From Chloroflexota bacterium (GTDB taxonomy: Bacteria > Chloroflexota > Dehalococcoidia > JACPPT01), in assembly GCA_016190815.1 (NCBI GenBank), contig JACPPT010000017.1:1-40844 (forward strand): a stretch of DNA of 40,844 nucleotides. The letters run 5' to 3'. A model generated the notes under the pieces. The model did not search any database, was not told the DNA's origin, and saw only the letters and a program-made list of their open reading frames with translations. A program made the translations under genes and the position numbers. Position 1 is the stretch's first letter. Each line of letters opens with the position of its first letter. Shown here one piece after another: positions 1 to 8,793 of the stretch.

Positions 1-1
1 C

Positions 2-106
2 AAGGCTGGATTGGCCGACAGGCCGGAGGACTACGATTGGTCTTCCTACCGGGCCTGTATCTTGGGGGAACCAACGTCAATAGATGTAGACCCGTTGCCA
101 TGGTAG
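2..106 (+). mobile_element. 3' end of REP-associated tyrosine (HUH/Y1) transposase, RAYT/TnpA-REP (partial, runs in from the window edge)
   Basis: Frame 2 reads KAGLADRPEDYDWSSYRACILGEPTSIDVDPLPW*, matching the RAYT C-terminal motif (NP)VKAGL..PEDY.WSSY. A GTAG-type REP follows immediately. Absent from the ORF track because there is no start in the window. Confidence 0.8.
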
Positions 107-116
107 GCGCTGGGCA

Positions 117-141
117 GGGCAGGTTGGGAAACCTGCCCTAC
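117..141 (-). repeat. GTAG-family REP (variant A), RAYT-adjacent copy
   Basis: Minus strand GTAG-GGCAGGTT-TCCC-AACCTGCC-C; the same hairpin occurs at 22839-22863 and 38802-38825. Confidence 0.9.
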
Positions 142-253
142 TTAATTGTGACTGCAACATAAGAAAAATAGGTATATTGCCAACTCCATGCTTGTCGTGG
201 GGATTATTGTAACTCTGGTTTGGACGCTTGTCGTGGCTGGCTAACAGCTTGAC

Positions 254-910
254 TTAGTTTGATTTACCAGGCCTTATAGAAATCTCCAGGCTCCTCACCT
301 CTTCGACTTCCTTCAACGCCGAGGCCATTCCCACAAGCACTTTGACGATGATTTTCTTCATAAAGGAGCCTACGGGGACGGAGCTACCGTTGACGGTTAG
401 AAAGACCTCGTCCTCTCCTTCCTTTCTCAAGAACCTCTTCACAACAAGGTCGATGATTTTGGGGGCGTCATCTCGCGAGCACTGCCATACGGGCACATCG
501 AGAGGCTCATCGGTGGCGATGGCAACAAGCTCCGCCGGCTGGCACATAAGCCCCTTGCCTTCGCCCTTGCTATACACCTCTATTTTAGGGGCTTTGGTCG
601 ACTTGAATCCTTCGCCGATCACTATGTCAAAGCTAGCGCCCAGGTCGGATGCCAGCTCCTCCAGTTCCTTGTCACGGTCAACCATGGCGAAGCGAGCCAT
701 TCTTTCAGGAGAGCTAACAACCACGGCATCGCTCCCTGCTTCCAGAAGACGCCAGCTATCCTTGCCGGGTATGTCTACCTGGAAGCCGTGGGGAGTGTGC
801 TTGATGGCAGCTACACGGTAGCCGCGGCTTTTCAATCCGCTTACCAGCTTGCACAATAGCTCCGTCTTCCCGGCACTAGACCAGCCGACTATTGATAGCA
901 AAGGAGTCAT
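254..910 (-). CDS. mobB: Molybdopterin-guanine dinucleotide biosynthesis protein B with C-terminal extension
   Basis: SIVGWSSAGKT P-loop, AIKH..H.F.VD.PGKDS, EGFK...PKIEV motifs. Confidence 0.92.
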   Translation of the reverse strand: MTPLLSIVGWSSAGKTELLCKLVSGLKSRGYRVAAIKHTPHGFQVDIPGKDSWRLLEAGSDAVVVSSPERMARFAMVDRDKELEELASDLGASFDIVIGEGFKSTKAPKIEVYSKGEGKGLMCQPAELVAIATDEPLDVPVWQCSRDDAPKIIDLVVKRFLRKEGEDEVFLTVNGSSVPVGSFMKKIIVKVLVGMASALKEVEEVRSLEISIRPGKSN

Positions 911-928
911 TTCCGTTTCCCCCTCAGA

Positions 929-1399
929 CTAAGGCTTTATGAGAAGAATGGGTATTCCTGCTTCCCGCAGGACCCGGTCGGCCACGCTTCCGAAAACAAG
1001 TTTGCCGAGCCCGCTCCTTCCGTGAGTGGCAATGGCGATGAGGTCTACAGACCGCTCCCTGGCGCACTCGAGGATCTCCCTGGCTGGCTCCCCTTGCCTT
1101 ATTTCTGCCGGCATGTGCAGGCTGTATTCCCCCAATTTCTCTCTCACCCCCAGCAGGTATTGCTTTGCCTGTTTCATCTCCTCGTCCAGAACCTGCTCAA
1201 CGCTTCTTGCGTGTATCTGGGGAGCCATTCCCAGGTCTCCTGCCCCTACAGCGGCTATCCCCAGGTCTCGTGGGCTGGTGGATACCACCCGTAGGAGAAC
1301 AAGCTCCGAGTTGAACCTGGCGGCGATGGCCACTGCGTAGGGTAATACGCTGGCTGCCAGCTCAGAGCCATCCAGTGGGACGAGTATTTTTCTATACAT
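929..1399 (-). CDS. Universal stress protein (UspA family)
   Basis: MYRKILVPLDGS N-terminus and DLIAIATHGRSG...FGSVADRVLR C-terminus. Start moved to ATG 1399, which has an AAAGGAG SD. Confidence 0.93.
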   Translation of the reverse strand: MYRKILVPLDGSELAASVLPYAVAIAARFNSELVLLRVVSTSPRDLGIAAVGAGDLGMAPQIHARSVEQVLDEEMKQAKQYLLGVREKLGEYSLHMPAEIRQGEPAREILECARERSVDLIAIATHGRSGLGKLVFGSVADRVLREAGIPILLIKP

Positions 1400-1497
1400 T
1401 ACTGCTCCTTTCTGGGAAAAAAGACCTTGCTCATGGCACACATTATAAGGGCTTGCAAAAGAATAAAAAAGCCGAGTTTTGGGGAAGTGGCACAGGG

Positions 1498-1526
1498 TTG
1501 ACGAGGGTGTTTTTCCTAAGTATCAT
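1498..1526 (+). promoter_or_regulatory. Sigma70-type promoter for birA
   Basis: TTGACG-17 bp-TATCAT. Confidence 0.55.
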
Positions 1527-1539
1527 CGCCCTGGTGGAT

Positions 1540-2346
1540 ATGATGAAAGGTGAACCCATAACAGAGGACTTCACGTCGGAAAGCATAGCCAGAGCCTTGC
1601 GAACAAGATTCATCGGTAGGAACCTCCTGTTTTACCCTTCCGTACCTTCAACCATGGAGGAGGCACACCGAGTGGCCAGAGAAGGAGCCGCGGAAGGGAC
1701 TGTTGTCCTGGCCGATGAGCAGACGTCGGGGAAGGGGCGATTCGGAAGGGTATGGCACACTCCGAAGGGCACAAGCATTGCGGCATCAGTGATACTCCGT
1801 CCAAGCCTCAAGGAGTTACCTCGACTCAACATGGTGGCCTCCCTGGCGGTGGTGAAGAGTATAGAAAAGGTGGCTGGTCTCAAGGCAAGAGTCAAATGGC
1901 CCAACGATGTGCTTATTGGAGGCAAGAAGGTCTGTGGGATACTCGTGGATAGCTCGCTCAGAGGTCAGGAGCTGGAGTACGCCATCATTGGCATTGGGCT
2001 TAATGTAAACCTGGACACGCGAAGTTTGCCTGATATTAGCACAATAGCTACCAGCCTCTCCAATGAAATGGGTCAAGGAATCTCCCGGCTAAAAGTCTTG
2101 CTCTCTCTTTTTAAAGAGATGGAGGCATTGTATCTGGAGCTTAAGAAGGGCAAGCCGCTACACAAGAAGTGGCGGAGTTACCTGGTGACCCTGGGCAAGG
2201 AGGTTATGGTAAAGCGGGGAGATACGGTTTTGGAGGGCCGTGCAGAGAATGTAGACGAGGGCGGAGCACTCCTTCTCCGACTTCCTGATGGAAGCATGGA
2301 GAGGGTCGTTTCGGGCGAGGTGACGCTCACGCTCGATCAGAGGTAG
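1540..2346 (+). CDS. birA: Biotin--[acetyl-CoA-carboxylase] ligase (class I, no HTH)
   Basis: ADEQTSGKGRFGRVW, KWPNDVL...KKVCGIL, IGIGLNVN, SGEV. Start uncertain (ATG 1540/1543, or ATA 1558). Confidence 0.93.
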   Translation: MMKGEPITEDFTSESIARALRTRFIGRNLLFYPSVPSTMEEAHRVAREGAAEGTVVLADEQTSGKGRFGRVWHTPKGTSIAASVILRPSLKELPRLNMVASLAVVKSIEKVAGLKARVKWPNDVLIGGKKVCGILVDSSLRGQELEYAIIGIGLNVNLDTRSLPDISTIATSLSNEMGQGISRLKVLLSLFKEMEALYLELKKGKPLHKKWRSYLVTLGKEVMVKRGDTVLEGRAENVDEGGALLLRLPDGSMERVVSGEVTLTLDQR

Positions 2347-2360
2347 AGCGCGAGCGTCAC
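2320..2360. terminator. GC-rich hairpin between convergent birA and SPFH genes
   Basis: GTGACGCTCACGCTC (2320-2334) pairs 14/15 with GAGCGCGAGCGTCAC (2346-2360); no clear U-tract. Confidence 0.4.
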
Positions 2361-2373
2361 ACCGAGCGAGGCT

Positions 2374-3177
2374 CTATTCCATCTCCTCCTCGGGCGGGCG
2401 TCTTTGGGGCTTCTCCGTGGAGCTTCTGTGCGGCATGAATGCCCTCAAGATGTCTATGGGCAGGGGGAAGACCACGACGTTGGTCTTCTCTGTGGCTATC
2501 TGGGTCAGGGTCTGAAGGTAGCGAAGGTGCAAGGTGGCAGGCTCAGTGGCTATTATCTTGCCTGCCTCGGTGATCTTTTCCGCAGCCATATACTCACCCT
2601 CGGCGTGGATGACTTTGGCCCTTTTCTCTCGCTCGGCCTCGGCCTGGGCCGCCATGGCTCGCTGCATGGTTTGGGGCAGCTCCACGTCCTTTATCTCCAC
2701 CACGCTCACCTTCACACCCCAGGGGTTGGTCTGCTCGTCTATGATTTGCTGGAGCCTCTGGTTAAGCTTCTCCCTGTGGGACAGAAGCTCATCCAGGTCA
2801 GATTGGCCCAAGACGCTCCTCAGCGTGGTCTGGGATATGAGGGATGTGGCCTTCATAAAGTCCAGGGCCTTGACCACAGCGGCCTGGGGGTCTATTACGC
2901 GGAAGTAGACCACGGCGTTTACCTTAACTGTAACATTGTCTTTGGTGATGGCCTCTTGCGAGGGGACATCCATGGTAACAATACGCAGGTCGATCTTCTG
3001 CATTCTCTCCACATAGGGTATCATGAAGATGATCCCAGGCCCCCTGGTTCCTACAAGCCTGCCGAGCCTGAACATGACGCCCCGCTCGTACTCCTGGACA
3101 ACCCTCACCGCCGCTGTGATGAGCACTATGAAGAGGAGCACTACGATTACAATTAATGCAACACTGATTGGTGACAT
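2374..3177 (-). CDS. SPFH/band 7 (slipin/stomatin-like) membrane protein
   Basis: N-terminal TM helix, [46 protein letters not shown]. Confidence 0.95.
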   Translation of the reverse strand: MSPISVALIVIVVLLFIVLITAAVRVVQEYERGVMFRLGRLVGTRGPGIIFMIPYVERMQKIDLRIVTMDVPSQEAITKDNVTVKVNAVVYFRVIDPQAAVVKALDFMKATSLISQTTLRSVLGQSDLDELLSHREKLNQRLQQIIDEQTNPWGVKVSVVEIKDVELPQTMQRAMAAQAEAEREKRAKVIHAEGEYMAAEKITEAGKIIATEPATLHLRYLQTLTQIATEKTNVVVFPLPIDILRAFMPHRSSTEKPQRRPPEEEME

Positions 3178-3190
3178 ACATCCCCCTTTC

Positions 3191-4534
3191 TTACTTTTTT
3201 CTCACCCAGAGCTTGAGTCCCTCTACCCTTGTTACTATGACCTCATCACCCTCGGCGACTTCGCCCTCCTCGAGCCTAGCTGACCAGCGCTCACCCTCCA
3301 CGAAGACTGTTCCGCCGGGGTTTAGGGGTGTTCTAGCCACGGCTATTTTCCCCACAAGCCCCTCTATCCCAGTCGTGGCACGCCTGCGATGGGCCTGCAC
3401 AATGGCTCGTAGCACGAAGACGAAGAAAGCCGCAAATCCCACAGCTACGACTGCGATGAGCCGCCAGTCCACACTCAAAGCACCAGCGGGGCCGCCCCTG
3501 AAAAGTATTAGCGAGCCAAATATAAAGGATGCCAGTCCACCAACGGTCAAAATGCCATGGCTGGTAACAAAAATGTCCGCAATAAATAGAATGAAGGCCA
3601 GGGCGATAAGGAGCACTCCAGCCCAGTAGACCTCAAGGGTTCCCAGGGAATAGAGAGCAAGGAGGAGAGAGATTCCACCTATAACACCCGGCAAAATGGC
3701 CCCCGGGTTGGATAGCTCCAGAAGAAGGCCGATCATAGCCAGGCTCAGGAGGATGTAGGCGATATTAGGGTTGCTTATGGCGAACAGGAAGCTCTGAAAG
3801 GGGTTCATGTTTACGATGGTAACAGTGGCTCCCTTAGTTTGAATGATTACCTTCTCGGTCAAAAGGGAGACCTCTTTGCCATCAAGCTGAGCCAGGAGCG
3901 AGTCCAGGTCTGTTGCCTGGTAATCTACTATGTGCTCCTTCAGCGCCTCGTCGTGATGGAAATCTCTGGCCTCTCGGACCATCGACTCAGCAAGCTGGAC
4001 GTTGCGTTGTCTTTGGGTCGCCAGCCCCCTCATATAGGCTGCGGCGTCTTCCATGACCTTGGCTTTCATGGTTTCTGGTAGCTCCTGGGCCTCGCCTGAG
4101 CCGCCGATGCTGACCGGAGACGCCGCTCCGATGGTCGTGTTGGGAGCCATAGCTGCTATGTGAGCGGACATTGTTATGAATGCTCCAGCAGAGGCAGCCC
4201 TTGCTCCGGGCGGATACACATAGACTGCGATGGGCACCCTGGATATGAGAATGCGCTGGATGATGTCTCGCATCGACGAATCGAGGCCACCTGGTGTGGC
4301 AAGTTGAATGACAATGAGAGACGCACCTTTGGACTCTGCGAAATCAATTCCTCGCATTATGTAGCTTGCCAGGGGTGGGGTTACAGCTCCTTTAGCATTG
4401 AGAACATAGACCCTTGGACCATTAGCTGCTGCAGCGCTTGTAAAGAAAAGAGATGCAATCAAAGCAAGAGCAAAGAGTACTACTAGCAATGGAAGGAATA
4501 TACGCATGCGCTTTTGCATTTTATAGGTCACCAT
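3191..4534 (-). CDS. nfeD: NfeD1-family membrane-bound serine protease (long form)
   Basis: Signal peptide, TPGGL, AASAG, IGAASPV ClpP-class domain, TM domain, C-terminal OB domain (GERWSA). Canonical operon with the slipin gene. Confidence 0.93.
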   Translation of the reverse strand: MVTYKMQKRMRIFLPLLVVLFALALIASLFFTSAAAANGPRVYVLNAKGAVTPPLASYIMRGIDFAESKGASLIVIQLATPGGLDSSMRDIIQRILISRVPIAVYVYPPGARAASAGAFITMSAHIAAMAPNTTIGAASPVSIGGSGEAQELPETMKAKVMEDAAAYMRGLATQRQRNVQLAESMVREARDFHHDEALKEHIVDYQATDLDSLLAQLDGKEVSLLTEKVIIQTKGATVTIVNMNPFQSFLFAISNPNIAYILLSLAMIGLLLELSNPGAILPGVIGGISLLLALYSLGTLEVYWAGVLLIALAFILFIADIFVTSHGILTVGGLASFIFGSLILFRGGPAGALSVDWRLIAVVAVGFAAFFVFVLRAIVQAHRRRATTGIEGLVGKIAVARTPLNPGGTVFVEGERWSARLEEGEVAEGDEVIVTRVEGLKLWVRKK

Positions 4535-4675
4535 AAGATTATAGCCCCTGGCTCTTATTTTTGAAAGCGTGTGTACTCGTTCAGGTTATTAAGTGACACT
4601 TTCTCGCTGCAGAAGTTAGCTGGTCACCTGCTATGCAAGGCTCATCTGGCTCAAATGCGACAGGGATGAAAGAAT

Positions 4676-5143
4676 TTACACAGCCTGGATTTCCTGTTTT
4701 CCTCTCCGGATTCTAAGAACGATGCTGCCCACTGCTCCCACCAAAAAGGCAATCGGGCAAACGAAAACTGCTATCAAAAAGAAGAAAGGCTCGTCGCCTA
4801 TGCCTATTCTCTCCCAAAAGTCCTCACCAAACAACAGAATAAAAAGCCCGTAAACGAGACCGTGCAGGAGAATACTTACAAAGATCGCCACTGAGGAGGA
4901 GCTGGTTAGTAATAGAAACTTCTTGAGCGTCTTATCTATTGTTGCCCTGAGTGTCAAAATCAGAAGCACCAGTCCCAACAGAAAGACGGCTCCCCATAGA
5001 AGCAAGAAAAGTTGAGGTGGTGGCCCCAATACCCTGCGATAGAGTAGGGGGCCCACCATAATGTCGAAAATCGGGACTGCGAAAACTACGAGAAGCGCCC
5101 AAAACACAGGCCATATATACCTGTTCGCCATCTTTTCCCCCAT
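4676..5143 (-). CDS. Hypothetical integral membrane protein (about 4 TM)
   Basis: Four hydrophobic segments and basic C-tail; no recognised family. Start may be ATG 5131. Confidence 0.7.
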   Translation of the reverse strand: MGEKMANRYIWPVFWALLVVFAVPIFDIMVGPLLYRRVLGPPPQLFLLLWGAVFLLGLVLLILTLRATIDKTLKKFLLLTSSSSVAIFVSILLHGLVYGLFILLFGEDFWERIGIGDEPFFFLIAVFVCPIAFLVGAVGSIVLRIRRGKQEIQAV

Positions 5144-5396
5144 ACCGCTCCGCCAGTTGCAAACTCATTCTAGTCCTTAGCCAGCAACTTGTAAATACAC
5201 CAGAGGGACAAGAGTTCCTGCTGCCACTATGCTTGCAAGTCCTGCTCACCGGTTCTCCAGGCCTTTTTGGAGGGTTGTTTCCTATCACCTTCGGCAATGA
5301 CTTCAAGCAGCGGCGGCTGCAAAAATGTATACTATGGCGGAGGAAAAGCTTGGACGGGTATTCTATGCACGTCAAAAATGGGGTGTGAGGATTGCC

Positions 5397-6275
5397 ATGC
5401 CTGAAAAACATAAGAGACACAGGGTGAGAATAGAGAAAATAACATACGAGACAAAAGACTCAAGGGCGTTCATTTTTGTTCCGATGGATTCCGAGGAAGG
5501 CCTTTTCAGCTACATGCCAGGCCAGTTCTTTGTCCTGGAGAGTCAGGTAACGAGACCCAGGACCTTTGTCTACGACAAGAGTAAGGGTACGATGGTGGGC
5601 ATCGGGGAGACTGCTACGGTTGTGGACAAAAGGGCCTTTTCCATCGTTTCGTCCCCTGCGGAACACGAATACATAGAGCTTCTCCTAAAGAGCGAGGAAG
5701 GTCTATTTGTCCCCTACTTTCTTGACGAGGACAAAGCCGGCAACATATGTACCTTGATAGGTCCTCAGGGGAAGTTTATGCACAACCTCCTTGAGAACAA
5801 GGAGAAGCTCATTGCATGCTGGTCTTCGGGAAGCGGGATAGCATCCACAATCAGCCTGATGCAATACACGCTGGACATGGGGCTTGACTCTAAAATAATA
5901 GTATTCGATAGCAACAGGACTGAGGATGACATAATATTCTATGAGCGCATAAAGAGGTTGGTAAGCGAATCAGAGAATTTTTACGCTGTTTTTACGGACA
6001 CAAAGGATAACAAAATCCCCATATCTGACCACCCGCGCATTTTCTACCGCAGCGGCAGGTTCTGGGTCAATGGTGAAAACCCTCTCGAAAAGTACGCTGG
6101 CAGCAACTGGCGAGATTACTTTAATACTATATGCGGAAGCTCAAGCTTCATAAACGGGAGAACTCGGGACAAGCAGGGAAGGTCAGTCAAGCTAGGTAAG
6201 GGTATAGAGGATCATCTGCTGGAGGCTGGAATCCCCCAAAGCAGAATCGAAAAAGACCAGTTCTACCTGCTATAG
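5397..6275 (+). CDS. FNR-family FAD/NAD(P)-binding oxidoreductase (divergent)
   Basis: Y.PGQF, RAFSIVS (RxYS motif), GPQGKF, SSGSGIAS, DIIFYE, ICGS. Start set at ATG 5397 with GAGG SD; the ORF extends back to 5325. Confidence 0.8.
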   Translation: MPEKHKRHRVRIEKITYETKDSRAFIFVPMDSEEGLFSYMPGQFFVLESQVTRPRTFVYDKSKGTMVGIGETATVVDKRAFSIVSSPAEHEYIELLLKSEEGLFVPYFLDEDKAGNICTLIGPQGKFMHNLLENKEKLIACWSSGSGIASTISLMQYTLDMGLDSKIIVFDSNRTEDDIIFYERIKRLVSESENFYAVFTDTKDNKIPISDHPRIFYRSGRFWVNGENPLEKYAGSNWRDYFNTICGSSSFINGRTRDKQGRSVKLGKGIEDHLLEAGIPQSRIEKDQFYLL

Positions 6276-6354
6276 GCCTCCGCAAGCTCATCTCCCTTCT
6301 TACTTAGCTTGGAGAAACTTGTGGGATAGAAAAGACTGCCAGGAGGCAGAAATC

Positions 6355-6915
6355 ATGAGTGCTAGACCGACGGATATGCTGGAGGAAGAGCATCGCTACA
6401 TCCAGAAGGTGGTGGGCGCAATGGCTGTGATGGCTGAAGCGCTGGAGATGGGCCAGAAGGTTGATGTGGAAACCCTCAAGGGCATCGTTGAGTTCATGCG
6501 CACCTTCGCGGACAAATGTCATCACGGGAAGGAAGAGGCATACCTCTTCCCAACCCTGGTTGGAAAAGGCGTGCCTGTACGCGGCTGCCCCCTGGCGATT
6601 CTCACCGCCGAGCACCTCCGGGGCAGAACCCTCGTGAGGGAGCTATCAGAGACCACCGAGGCGTATGCAAAGGATGGCCCCGAGGCGAAAAGGGCACTGG
6701 TGGAATGCCTTCGGGACATGACGAACCTCTACCCAAATCATATATGGAAGGAAGACTACCTTCTGTTCCCCATGACCAACAAGATATTGACTTCAGAGGA
6801 ACAGCAGGAGCTTCAAGACAAATTTGAAAAGGTGGAGGAGTCCATTGGAAGGGATGTGCACCACCGGTTTGAGCGAATGGCTTTGGCGCTGGAGGAAAAA
6901 ACGCGGAAATCGTGA
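6355..6915 (+). CDS. Hemerythrin/HHE cation-binding domain protein
   Basis: EEH, CHHGKEE..LFP, EH..GR, HIWKED..LFP repeats; AGGAGG SD before ATG 6355. Confidence 0.92.
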   Translation: MSARPTDMLEEEHRYIQKVVGAMAVMAEALEMGQKVDVETLKGIVEFMRTFADKCHHGKEEAYLFPTLVGKGVPVRGCPLAILTAEHLRGRTLVRELSETTEAYAKDGPEAKRALVECLRDMTNLYPNHIWKEDYLLFPMTNKILTSEEQQELQDKFEKVEESIGRDVHHRFERMALALEEKTRKS

Positions 6916-7044
6916 GAGGCGTTAGAGGATATTAGAGGCAATATTCTTACCAATCCCTGACCCTACCAGTTCGCTATCGGCACCAAAACTTGCTGGCTAA
7001 CCATTATCCAGTGAACTCAATGAATAACAGTAGATGATAGCTGA

Positions 7045-7830
7045 ATGGAATATATAGTCATATCAATAACAGCGCTATTTGTTTCTTCTCTAACGCTATT
7101 TTCAGGCTTCGGCCTGGGGACGGTGCTCATGCCGGCCTTTGCCCTTTTCTTCCCCGTGCCGGTGGCGATAGCCGCCACTGCAGTAGTCCATCTGGCTAAC
7201 AATATTTTCAAGGTAGTCCTTGTGGGGCGCAACGCAGACTGGGGAGTGGTCGTTCGCTTTGCCCTTACTGCGGCTCTGGCGGCCATCCTCGGTGCCTGGC
7301 TGCTGGGACAGCTATCTTTCATACCTGCTGTCACTTCCTATCAAATCGGTGAGCGGACATTTGATGTGACCCTGGTGAAGTTAGCTATTGGCGTGCTGAT
7401 AATCGGCTTTGCTATGTTCGACCTGGTACCCAAGCTGCAAAAATTAGCCTTTGACCGGAAATACCTGCCGCTGGGCGGCATACTATCGGGCTTTTTTGGA
7501 GGGCTGTCGGGCCATCAGGGGGCCATGCGCTCTGCCTTCCTGCTAAAAAGCGGCCTGGATACGAAGGCTTTCGTCGGCACCAGCGGAGTCTGCGCCTTTC
7601 TCGTTGACCTGGTCCGCCTGGCCGTCTACAGCGCCACTTTCTACACGGCTAATTTCGCCTTGATTAGCGGAGATGTCGGGAGACTCGTGCTACTTGGCAT
7701 ATTTTTTGCCTTTATCGGGTCGTTTGTTGGAGCGCGCCTCGTGAAGAAAGTGACCTTGCATACCGTGCAGTATATCGTCGGCATCATGTTGATAGTTGTC
7801 AGCGTTGGGCTGGTGACGGGGCTGATTTGA
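7045..7830 (+). CDS. TauE/SafE (TSUP) family permease
   Basis: FSGFGLGTVLMP and GFFGGLSGHQGA motifs, about 8 TM helices. Confidence 0.88.
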   Translation: MEYIVISITALFVSSLTLFSGFGLGTVLMPAFALFFPVPVAIAATAVVHLANNIFKVVLVGRNADWGVVVRFALTAALAAILGAWLLGQLSFIPAVTSYQIGERTFDVTLVKLAIGVLIIGFAMFDLVPKLQKLAFDRKYLPLGGILSGFFGGLSGHQGAMRSAFLLKSGLDTKAFVGTSGVCAFLVDLVRLAVYSATFYTANFALISGDVGRLVLLGIFFAFIGSFVGARLVKKVTLHTVQYIVGIMLIVVSVGLVTGLI

Positions 7831-7850
7831 TGAATGCGCTGCGCACCCTG

Positions 7851-7908
7851 ATGACTCAGGCTCATGTGCCGCAAGGCATCGGGGTTCGAGTCCCGCTTAA
7901 GCCCATCA
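7851..7908 (+). pseudogene. Degenerate 3' two-thirds of tRNA-Leu(CAG), possible att-site remnant
   Basis: ATGA-CTCAGGC-TCAT anticodon arm (CAG), TGCC-GCAA-GGCA long variable arm, GGG-TTCGAGT-CCC T arm. No D arm or matching 5' acceptor strand. Confidence 0.65.
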
Positions 7909-7962
7909 AGAAATTCTTGCTGAACGGATGTCAGCAAGGGCACGGCCCAGTCGACGACTCCG

Positions 7963-8493
7963 TTACCTCTCTGTCTTTAGTTCGTAAGCCCTCTGGATTA
8001 CGGCGATCGCATCGTGTACTTGGGACTTATCGTTAATTTCGAATCGAGAGTAGGAAGCCCGATCTTTTTTCATATCGAGGGCGGTCTTCATGTCTGAAAA
8101 CAGGTGTGGCTCCCCATAAACCGTGACCGTGACATGGCTTTCGCGCTTGTCAGCGACCATCAATGCAACGAAGTTGTTTGGTCGCATCACCCAACGCTGC
8201 CCCTCCTTTTTCAAGGTACAGTGGGTTGAAATCTTGGACATCCTCAGCAATAGCTGATCTAAGATGGCCTGAACCTCTGGCTTATGACTCAGGGGAACCT
8301 GTTCACTTGCTTGTCGGTTCCCCTGCACATGGGCAACTAGGCTGTCTCTGCTTTCCACCTCGTCCTCTAGGTGGTCTATTCCGAGAACACGTCTTAGAAC
8401 TTGATTAGGAGTGCCAAAGACCAAGCGGCGTGAGACAGCCTCCTCTTGCAACCGTCTCATCACATCATTGTCGACTCGGATCGTAGGTGTCAT
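7963..8493 (-). CDS. Putative DNA-binding protein: SeqA-N/RHH-like N-terminus plus DUF5655/YjbR-like C-terminal domain
   Basis: MTPTIRVDNDVMRRLQ...TPNQVLRRVLG resembles RHH/SeqA dimerisation heads. GGAGGA SD before ATG 8493. The C-domain assignment is by loose pattern only. Confidence 0.55.
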   Translation of the reverse strand: MTPTIRVDNDVMRRLQEEAVSRRLVFGTPNQVLRRVLGIDHLEDEVESRDSLVAHVQGNRQASEQVPLSHKPEVQAILDQLLLRMSKISTHCTLKKEGQRWVMRPNNFVALMVADKRESHVTVTVYGEPHLFSDMKTALDMKKDRASYSRFEINDKSQVHDAIAVIQRAYELKTER

Positions 8494-8515
8494 AATTTTT
8501 TCCTCCAGTATATAT

Positions 8516-8551
8516 TTGACACAGTGTAACACTGGATACGACTCGTGTCAA
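8516..8551 (-). promoter_or_regulatory. Strong sigma70 promoter overlapped by palindromic operator-like sites
   Basis: Minus strand TTGACA-17 bp-(TGt)TACACT. Palindrome CAGTGT-A-ACACTG at 8522-8534, outer IR TTGACAC/GTGTCAA. Confidence 0.65.
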
Positions 8552-8793
8552 GAGGATGTGTGGCCTATTGTAAGGCGGACCTCAAAAATTCTGTCTTTAT
8601 TCCCAACACTCCATCGGCCGCGTCACGAACCGCTGTCCAAGAGTCGCCTCAAGTTAAGCACCCGGTCAGGTTCCAGAAAGTTCGAGAACTGACCACTTTG
8701 GCCCAACACAAAGGTTCTCTTTTTTGATAACCTCCCATACATTCCGCCTTTCCCTTGTGGAGTGCCCTTCGCTATGCTAGGATGAATGTAAAT

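Noticed and set aside
2404-3156. 250-aa + strand ORF
   Set aside because: Antisense shadow of the SPFH gene with no recognisable motifs.
4540-5330. Integron attC sites around the orphan membrane gene, and TTGCTGGCTAA shared in inverted form by about 5180 and about 6995
   Set aside because: No paired RYYYAAC/GTTRRRY boxes with a folding stem and no integrase; an 11-nt match is too short to support.
8552-8760. Short ORFs or pseudogene upstream of lepA, including a GGTCAG/CTGACC inverted repeat
   Set aside because: No recognisable motif; the 6-bp inverted repeat is expected by chance.
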